A stretch of 64,000 nucleotides of DNA, from positions 310,001 to 374,000 of IMG/VR virus record IMGVR_UViG_3300050821_002957; one strand, written 5' to 3'. Position numbers and translations under genes: made by a program. Shown here one piece after another: positions 45,649 to 52,207 of this stretch. The notes beneath the pieces were generated by a model. That model was not told the origin of the DNA and ran no database searches. It saw nothing but the letters and a program-made list of their open reading frames with translations. Within the stretch, counting starts at the first letter, position 1. Each line of letters opens with the position of its first letter.

Positions 45649-46719
45649 ATGTCCGTCGAAAACGACAAAACGGGTCTTCTGGATCGGGATTCATTTCGTA
45701 ATGGGGTGTTTCTGCGTGACGGGTACAAGTGTGTAATCTGTGGTGCCTCTGGCGTGCGTTTAGACGCTCACCACATCATCGAAAGACGCCTATGGGATGA
45801 TGGTGGCTATTATCTGGACAATGGCGCTACGCTCTGCGATGAGGGTCTTGCTCATCACATGCGTGCGGAGGAAACAGTTCTTACTTGTGACCAGATCCGC
45901 ACTGCCGCAAACATCAAACGAGTAATCATTCCTGACCATCTGTACAACGACTATAATTACGATAAATGGGGCAATATTCTCAACCCGGACGGCAGTCGCA
46001 CCAAAGGCGAACTGTTCAACGACGAATCGGTCCAGAAGGTTCTAAAAGCTGGCGGCGTCCTTGATCAATTTCGAGCATATGTTAAATATCCTCGGACATA
46101 TCATCTTCCTTGGTCACCCGGTCTGACTGACGATGATCGAATGTTGCCCTCGACCAAAATATTTGAAGGTCGTGAAGTTGTCGTTACTGAGAAGATGGAC
46201 GGCGAGAATACGACGCTCTATCGTGACTACATGCACGCTCGGTCTCTTGAAGAAGAGCATCATGAAAGTCGGGGATGGGTGAAAAAACTTCATGCCGAAA
46301 TCTGTTGGAACATTCCTGAGGGCTGGCGCATCTGTGGTGAAAATTTGTATGCGCTTCATTCTGTAGGATATCAAAACCTTCTTTCTTATTTCTTAGTTTT
46401 TTCAATTTGGGATCAAAATAACATCTGCCAGTCGTGGGATGATACAGTAGAGTATGCAGCAGTGCTCGGCCTGCAAATGGTTCCGGTGATCTATCGAGGA
46501 ATTTGGGATGAACGTCTGGTAAAGTCTTTTTCGGATAGCATTGATACTAAAAAGCAGGAAGGTTATACCGTTCGTGTGACTGATGCCTTTGCTTATGGTT
46601 CTTTCCGAAAATCGATTGCAAAATGGGTCCGCAAAGGTCACGTCCAGACGACGCATAATTGGAAAATGAGATCGGTAGTAAAAAATGGGCTAAGTCATGA
46701 AACCAAAGTTGCAACCTAA
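45649..46719 (+). CDS. HNH domain fused to an ATP-dependent RNA ligase domain
   Basis: RDGYKCVICG...DAHHI...NGATLC; KYPRTYHLPWS, TEKMDGEN, CGENL, EGY, AKWVR. Confidence 0.85.
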   Translation: MSVENDKTGLLDRDSFRNGVFLRDGYKCVICGASGVRLDAHHIIERRLWDDGGYYLDNGATLCDEGLAHHMRAEETVLTCDQIRTAANIKRVIIPDHLYNDYNYDKWGNILNPDGSRTKGELFNDESVQKVLKAGGVLDQFRAYVKYPRTYHLPWSPGLTDDDRMLPSTKIFEGREVVVTEKMDGENTTLYRDYMHARSLEEEHHESRGWVKKLHAEICWNIPEGWRICGENLYALHSVGYQNLLSYFLVFSIWDQNNICQSWDDTVEYAAVLGLQMVPVIYRGIWDERLVKSFSDSIDTKKQEGYTVRVTDAFAYGSFRKSIAKWVRKGHVQTTHNWKMRSVVKNGLSHETKVAT

Positions 46720-47047
46720 AGGCACACCTGCTTTGAACGTAATCATGACTGAACATGCCGTCTTGCGAATGCGTGAACGGATGCCAGATGATTTTACTTT
46801 CCCAACCATTGGATCTTACGTGCGCCTGCTGACGATGCAGGACACCTATCACGATCTAAATCTAGAACTGTTACGTCTAAAAGGCGGCATTGTAATCGGA
46901 AAGTGGAATGGGTCGCATTTGGCTGTTGTCACTATGTTTTCAGAAAAAACATTTCATCGTTTTCAGAAGAGACAAAAATCCAGGTTTCAACCGCTTAACA
47001 CGACCTGTTACCTGCTCAATAACATCATTTTTCCAAAGGCAGCGTAG
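46697..47047 (+). CDS. Hypothetical protein
   Basis: TEHAVLRMRER...VVT. Confidence 0.55.
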   Translation: MKPKLQPKGTPALNVIMTEHAVLRMRERMPDDFTFPTIGSYVRLLTMQDTYHDLNLELLRLKGGIVIGKWNGSHLAVVTMFSEKTFHRFQKRQKSRFQPLNTTCYLLNNIIFPKAA

Positions 47048-47062
47048 CGATACATAGTTCAT

Positions 47063-47347
47063 GTGTCAGAACAGAAAAGTGGAATCGAGGTCAAGGTCAT
47101 TGATTGGGGCAACGATCAACGTGAAGTCGCCATTCATTTCCTGGACCTAAATCAGATGCTCACCCTGAACCCGGCAGGCGCTCGAACATTTGCATTTCGT
47201 CTGATGGAGTGCGCCGATTTTCTTGAACCACCATTCGCTGACGACTCTCAAAAATTGCTAGAAGATCCCAACGACAACTCAGAATCCGAACGTTTCTTTG
47301 GTCCCTATGAAGATGATGAGGAGGACGAAGCCGACGAAGGATATTGA
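47063..47347 (+). CDS. Hypothetical acidic protein
   Basis: GTG 6 nt after ATACATA late-like motif. Confidence 0.55.
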   Translation: MSEQKSGIEVKVIDWGNDQREVAIHFLDLNQMLTLNPAGARTFAFRLMECADFLEPPFADDSQKLLEDPNDNSESERFFGPYEDDEEDEADEGY

Positions 47348-47384
47348 CACATCTATTGACATTGAAAAATAGATGTAGTAAAGT
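47344..47384 (+). promoter_or_regulatory. Leaderless sigma70-type promoter with two TAGAT-N2-ATCTA-like boxes
   Basis: TTGACA-N17-TAAAGT; boxes at 47344 and 47370. Confidence 0.65.
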
Positions 47385-47390
47385 TGAGCT

Positions 47391-47594
47391 ATGATTCCTG
47401 TTATGGAGATGCAAAAGACCGTATCGATTACGGCGGAAGAAAAATGGAAGCAAGGCGGAATGGATCAGCAGATTCGTCTTGAAATGTTGGCGGTCATCGG
47501 TCAACCTCGTTGCTATGCCAGCGAGTCCTGGAAGAAGTTACCCCACGTCCTGAAACTCAATCTCAGTGCCCGAAAATGGACCCAAAAAAGTTGA
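47391..47594 (+). CDS. Hypothetical protein
   Basis: Directly behind promoter. Confidence 0.6.
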   Translation: MIPVMEMQKTVSITAEEKWKQGGMDQQIRLEMLAVIGQPRCYASESWKKLPHVLKLNLSARKWTQKS

Positions 47595-47640
47595 TGTAGC
47601 TACTTGACATTGGCGTCGTTCCAATGTTAAGATACATCTA
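47591..47640 (+). promoter_or_regulatory. Leaderless sigma70-type promoter with two boxes
   Basis: TTGACA-N18-TAAGAT; TTGATGTAGCTA upstream, AAGATACATCTA over the start site. Confidence 0.7.
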
Positions 47641-47972
47641 TGAGATACGAAATCTGGACCAACGAGACGAACGATCCGGCCAGGGAATATTTTGGGTTTG
47701 ACGGGTATCGTCCCGGCGCTCACATGAAGCTGGCTTATTCCAATCTGATCGCTTCCAATCCTGATGCTCACGATGCTGCACTTGAGCGCCTTTTCGAGAA
47801 GTTTAACATCGACCAACCGGCTGATTATAAAGCACATTCTCTTAGTGTCGGTGATGTGGTTGTGCTTATCGATTCCGGTGTCCGTACTGCATACGCCTGT
47901 GAATCGTGCGGTTGGAAGGCACTTTTGGTTTTCGATCCGACCTTGAAGAATCCGGCCTGGGGGACACGATGA
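47640..47972 (+). CDS. YodL-like domain protein
   Basis: LERLFEKFNIDQPADYKAHSLSVGDVVVL...AY.C...GW. Confidence 0.75.
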   Translation: MRYEIWTNETNDPAREYFGFDGYRPGAHMKLAYSNLIASNPDAHDAALERLFEKFNIDQPADYKAHSLSVGDVVVLIDSGVRTAYACESCGWKALLVFDPTLKNPAWGTR

Positions 47973-48235
47973 GAATCAAGATCGAGTACCGTGACAGTAC
48001 AAACGTTGCGGCAGCGCTGGTGAAGGCTGGCATGAAAGCAGCAGCAAAGGGATACGATGAGTTTCGATTTGGCAAAACTCCCGATGTACTGATTTTCTCG
48101 GTCAAGAAACGTTGCCCTCGCTGCGGCGGAAACAAGTACATTCTCGGCGTTGTCGGACCCGGCACAGGACCTCAGAATCGTGACATCGGCAGCATTCCTT
48201 GTCCTGAGTGTAACAAGAAAGCGAAGAGCAAATGA
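47969..48235 (+). CDS. Hypothetical zinc-finger protein
   Basis: CPRCGG...CPEC. Confidence 0.55.
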   Translation: MRIKIEYRDSTNVAAALVKAGMKAAAKGYDEFRFGKTPDVLIFSVKKRCPRCGGNKYILGVVGPGTGPQNRDIGSIPCPECNKKAKSK

Positions 48236-48486
48236 CCCCGGATCGTCTGGTTAGTTCTCTTTCAAAAGCCTTGGATGTCGTCAATGTCCAGGTCATCAAT
48301 CACATTCATAACCGGCACACTCGGGTCAAGATTTGCGCCCGTCGCACCCAGAAATTTGGTAATATTACATTGTCGGCGTCTCCCAGCGACTTCAATGTTC
48401 AACGTCAACGAGAACGTCAGATCCGAAAGGAACTTCAGCGACTCGGCGTCGAAAATTACGACAAGTTTTGCTGGCGCACCGTATGA
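48232..48486 (+). CDS. Hypothetical protein
   Basis: Coupled ORF. Confidence 0.55.
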   Translation: MTPDRLVSSLSKALDVVNVQVINHIHNRHTRVKICARRTQKFGNITLSASPSDFNVQRQRERQIRKELQRLGVENYDKFCWRTV

Positions 48487-48641
48487 TTGTGATTTTCTTG
48501 CTCTGGATTTTTGGGATTTATCTTTCGGTTGGTATTTCCATAGCACTTCCTGCCTGGGATGACATCAAGAGATTGGCAGGGGGACCGCTGGTATTTGCAA
48601 TGGTTGTCTTTCTGTGGCCGTTACAATTTTCGGTAGAGTGA
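48483..48641 (+). CDS. Small membrane protein
   Basis: Hand-read hydrophobic 52-aa ORF, ATGA-coupled. Confidence 0.5.
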   Translation: MIVIFLLWIFGIYLSVGISIALPAWDDIKRLAGGPLVFAMVVFLWPLQFSVE

Positions 48642-48644
48642 CCT

Positions 48645-48794
48645 ATGAAATGGATCATGTTATTTTTGAACGGTATGATCGTTTTAGGAATTGTTTTTTC
48701 TATGTTACTCTATGGCTTCTTGATTTACGACGAACTGAAATGGGAAGCCGCTGACCAACAGTGGAAACACGCATTACAACAGGAGATTCAGTGA
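48645..48794 (+). CDS. Small membrane protein
   Basis: Hand-read 49-aa ORF; stop overlaps the nadK GTG. Confidence 0.5.
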   Translation: MKWIMLFLNGMIVLGIVFSMLLYGFLIYDELKWEAADQQWKHALQQEIQ

Positions 48795-49582
48795 AATTTT
48801 TCATCTTCTCGAACTTACTCGGCATTGCTCGTGATCCAGTCTATCAGGAGATCGTTAAATTCCTGAAAGAGATCGGTGCAGAACAGACTTTCAATTACGA
48901 AGAAGCCGTTATCAGTATTGTTCTCGGAGGCGACGGCACAGTTCTCGGAGCCGCACGAGCCGGAATTAAAAGTCCGATGCTGATTGTCAACACCGGCCAT
49001 ATGGGTTTTCTCACTTCGACCAAAGAACTTTTCAAAGAGAAAATTCAGGCGGCATACGACGGCAAGTTCACAACGACAGAACGACACATGCTCGACGTAA
49101 TGCAAGAGTCGAACATGGATGAGCCACTCAACGCTTTGAATGATGTCGTCATCAAGTCTAGCGCCCATTCCAAACTCATTCGCCTGGGCGTCTACGTCGT
49201 CAATAGCGAAGGCGTCGAGGATTTGGTGTCTGAGTACCGGGCAGATGGTCTGATCGTCGCTACGCCCACAGGATCGACGGCGTACAACATCTCAGCAGGT
49301 GGCCCGATCATTCACCCAAGTTGCCAGTCGTTCGTAGTGACACCGATTTGTCCGCAGGGATTAACGTACCGGCCCATCGTTCTGCCTTCGTATCTGAGTC
49401 TTCGTGTGAAACCGATGGAGCTTGGCTTATTCATGACCATTGACGGCCAGATCGAGCGAGCGTTGGACATGACGGCGATCTCAGTGAAGTACAATTCGGC
49501 CAAAATTGCGACAGTCGATCCCGATGGTTCTTATTTTCAGGTCTTGCGTGAAAAGATGGCTTGGGGTAAAATGCCAATATGA
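48791..49582 (+). CDS. nadK: NAD kinase
   Basis: LGGDGT, VNTGHMGFL, ALND, ADGLIVATPTGSTAYNISAGGPI; AGGAG before GTG 48791. Confidence 0.93.
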   Translation: MKFFIFSNLLGIARDPVYQEIVKFLKEIGAEQTFNYEEAVISIVLGGDGTVLGAARAGIKSPMLIVNTGHMGFLTSTKELFKEKIQAAYDGKFTTTERHMLDVMQESNMDEPLNALNDVVIKSSAHSKLIRLGVYVVNSEGVEDLVSEYRADGLIVATPTGSTAYNISAGGPIIHPSCQSFVVTPICPQGLTYRPIVLPSYLSLRVKPMELGLFMTIDGQIERALDMTAISVKYNSAKIATVDPDGSYFQVLREKMAWGKMPI

Positions 49583-49660
49583 TATATTCCAGATCGGTGT
49601 ACATCACTGGCATCCGAGTCATTGCAACGAACCTTGTCGGCAACTGTAGTGACTACCAAA

Positions 49661-50521
49661 TTATTTATTGTGCTCAGAAGGCAAAGATTCTCTCAGAGCC
49701 GGATCGAATGACCAAGGGACTTCGAGAATTGGACAATCTACCAACGCCATCTCTTCAATTCCATCTTGTTTGAGATCGTGCCAGCGAATCAATTCCAAAT
49801 TTCCTTGATCATTCTCTACGACTGCGGTCAGTGATTCGACCCAATCTCCACAGTTGGCATAGATCAGACCATTTTCTGCGATATAAATTTTGGGTGTATG
49901 AATGTGGCCGCAGATGACTCCACAGCTACCTTCGTTTCCAGCGTGCATCAAGACTGCCTTTTCAAAATCTTGAACAAATGAGACTGCCTTCTTTGCTTTC
50001 GATTTGAGATAACCAGCCAACGACCAATATTCATGATAGCCAAGTCTTGTTCGGATGAAATGCAAAATTCCGTTCGACTTTAACAATAAGTCGTAAAGAT
50101 GATGACCAAGAACTGCCAGCCATTTCATGTTGCCGACCACTACATCATATTGGTCGCCATGCAAGATTGAAAATTGCAGTCCTGAAGAAGTCACATGCTT
50201 CGTCGTATCTACAAATTCAATGTTTGATCCGAGGCCAAATGGAATGAAGTTACGAATTTGATCGTCGTGGTTGCCAGGAAGATAAACGATCTTGGTTCCA
50301 CTTTTGACCATCTTCAACAGGCGGCGCAGAACTTCGCTCGACGCTAGGTCCCACTGAATGCCCTTTTTCATTTCCCAAAAATCGATGATATCGCCTACGA
50401 GGTACAATGTCTCACATTCAATCGATTTCAAAAAAGAAAGGACCGACTTAGCCTGTGCTCCCCCAAAACCAAGATGAAGATCCGAGATGAAGACCGCCCT
50501 ATAGTGAGTTCGTTTTTTCAT
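49661..50521 (-). CDS. Calcineurin-like metallophosphoesterase, UDP-2,3-diacylglucosamine hydrolase-like (LpxH2-type)
   Basis: ISDLHLG, GDIID, PGNHD, HGDQYD, CGHIH, NCGDWVES. Confidence 0.85.
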   Translation of the reverse strand: MKKRTHYRAVFISDLHLGFGGAQAKSVLSFLKSIECETLYLVGDIIDFWEMKKGIQWDLASSEVLRRLLKMVKSGTKIVYLPGNHDDQIRNFIPFGLGSNIEFVDTTKHVTSSGLQFSILHGDQYDVVVGNMKWLAVLGHHLYDLLLKSNGILHFIRTRLGYHEYWSLAGYLKSKAKKAVSFVQDFEKAVLMHAGNEGSCGVICGHIHTPKIYIAENGLIYANCGDWVESLTAVVENDQGNLELIRWHDLKQDGIEEMALVDCPILEVPWSFDPALRESLPSEHNK

Positions 50522-50958
50522 TGGACGAATCTCCGTATCAAGGCATCAGATTCTCGTAACAACTCTAGCAATCCAGGATGAAATTGGTGTGGTTTTTCCA
50601 TTGCAATCTGAATAACTATGCTGTACGGCAACCAAGCAATGAAGCTAGTCTCAAATAGATATTCTGGCTCTGCCTTGAATTCAAACTCCTCAGGAACGAT
50701 TCCGATGAAACTGTGATATTGGAAACCCTTTCTGCTGCTTATGTGCGCTTGGTGAAGTTCAATGGGGCCGTAGTAGCCAACCTCCTCACCCATCTCTCGG
50801 AGAGCGCTAGAGGCCACGGAAGAGCCATCCTCGACCATTCCACCGACGATGCCCCAGACATCGCCTTGACGGATGCCGGGTGCTCTCCAGGAAAGACATA
50901 AATTTTTGGTGTTTGCGGCAATTGGAAGAATTCCGCTTGCCAGAGAAAATTTTTTCAT
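50518..50958 (-). CDS. NUDIX hydrolase
   Basis: GGMVEDGSSVASSALREMGEEVG. Confidence 0.8.
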   Translation of the reverse strand: MKKFSLASGILPIAANTKNLCLSWRAPGIRQGDVWGIVGGMVEDGSSVASSALREMGEEVGYYGPIELHQAHISSRKGFQYHSFIGIVPEEFEFKAEPEYLFETSFIAWLPYSIVIQIAMEKPHQFHPGLLELLRESDALIRRFVQ

Positions 50959-51482
50959 CTTCCGAACCGTTTGAACATCTCTTTGTCAATGGTAGGAAGA
51001 TCAAATAAATCTGTCGGTTCCTTTGCTGCTCTGAATTGAGGACGATTGAAATGTCCCATGTGAAGACCAACTTTGGCACACTCTTCGGCGAACAATTGAT
51101 AGCCGTTTTGGTTGGTAGGACGTTCTTTAAAATTGGGTGAATAATTCAGCTTGCGATTGCCATCTACCCAGACGACCGTAGCTGCCTCACCCCAGTTGTG
51201 CCAGGAGCAACCAGGAAGATCGTCGGTCATGAGATTTGTTTCTTTAGGTTTCCCTTTTGCCATGCAGTCGGCTAAGTACGGCGCACCAGCATGTGTCAGT
51301 GCCATGACTTTCAATTCTGCATCTGTTGCACTGCGGCCTTGTCTCCACATGGCTGCTTGTTCGAGGGGAGAGACAAGTGTAACGAGAGGTTCAAGCAAGA
51401 AACGATGCTTTTTCGTCGCTTCAATTGCTTCAATCAGTTTCTTGCGAAACTCCGGGATCAGTAAGGATAATTCGGTCGCCAT
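50955..51482 (-). CDS. M15-family peptidase-like protein with degenerate active site
   Basis: EQAAMWRQGR, T...PG.SWHNWGEAA; start 5 nt after CTAAATA. Confidence 0.7.
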   Translation of the reverse strand: MATELSLLIPEFRKKLIEAIEATKKHRFLLEPLVTLVSPLEQAAMWRQGRSATDAELKVMALTHAGAPYLADCMAKGKPKETNLMTDDLPGCSWHNWGEAATVVWVDGNRKLNYSPNFKERPTNQNGYQLFAEECAKVGLHMGHFNRPQFRAAKEPTDLFDLPTIDKEMFKRFGR

Positions 51483-51602
51483 AAATGTATTTAGTGACCG
51501 CCTTGGAGATTCGGTTTATAGATGGAAAAATCAGCCATGTCATCCAACCGACATATCCACCGATAATCAAAATCGCAACAAAAGTTCCGCAGAATTGTGC
51601 AA

Positions 51603-52115
51603 TCATTGTTGAGCCATCCATGAATAGAGATTTGAAAGGTCGAAATTGTTCAATTCGTCTAGTGTCTCTGGAATCGTAGTGTGATGAATTGCTATTCCAC
51701 CGGCCTCACGCCATTCGGCAACGTTACGAGGATGGTCGTCGATTAATAAATTCACAACTCCATCAATCACAGCAAAATCTTTCTTCTCACTACGACACAC
51801 GATGTGAATGTACTCATCTGCAATTCCTAATTCCTGAAAGCACCATATTCGTTTCTCTTCCGGGCAAGAAGGTGCATCATCTGGGTGTGGGGATGCTGAA
51901 AGAATGTATGGATTGTATATTTTGATTCGTTCCCACAGTTGCATAGCACCCGGCATCCATTCTAAATTTATCCAAAATCCAGTGATTGCCTGAATTAGTG
52001 CCCATTTTTCTTTGTCGGTTCCGAGACATGGATCGTTGAATTCTCGGCCAAGTGCCCTGCGTGCGCCGCCAAGAAAATTGACAAGAACTTGGTCCATGTC
52101 ACAGTAGACTTTCAT
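51603..52115 (-). CDS. HAD-family 5'(3')-deoxyribonucleotidase-like protein
   Basis: CDMDQVL, EKRIW, LIDD...N..EW..AGG..I. Confidence 0.85.
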   Translation of the reverse strand: MKVYCDMDQVLVNFLGGARRALGREFNDPCLGTDKEKWALIQAITGFWINLEWMPGAMQLWERIKIYNPYILSASPHPDDAPSCPEEKRIWCFQELGIADEYIHIVCRSEKKDFAVIDGVVNLLIDDHPRNVAEWREAGGIAIHHTTIPETLDELNNFDLSNLYSWMAQQ

Positions 52116-52121
52116 TGCTTC

Positions 52122-52180
52122 ATCCTACCATGTCTTTAGAATCTGTCTACTGTTGACGAAATTTCAAAGGGTGCTAAATT
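52122..52180. promoter_or_regulatory. Divergent 16-nt-spacer promoters for the HAD gene and gp43
   Basis: minus TAGACA-N16-TAGGAT; plus TTGACG-N16-TAAATT. Confidence 0.6.
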
Positions 52181-52207
52181 TGTTTTGCCACAGCAATTTC
52201 GTGGTCG

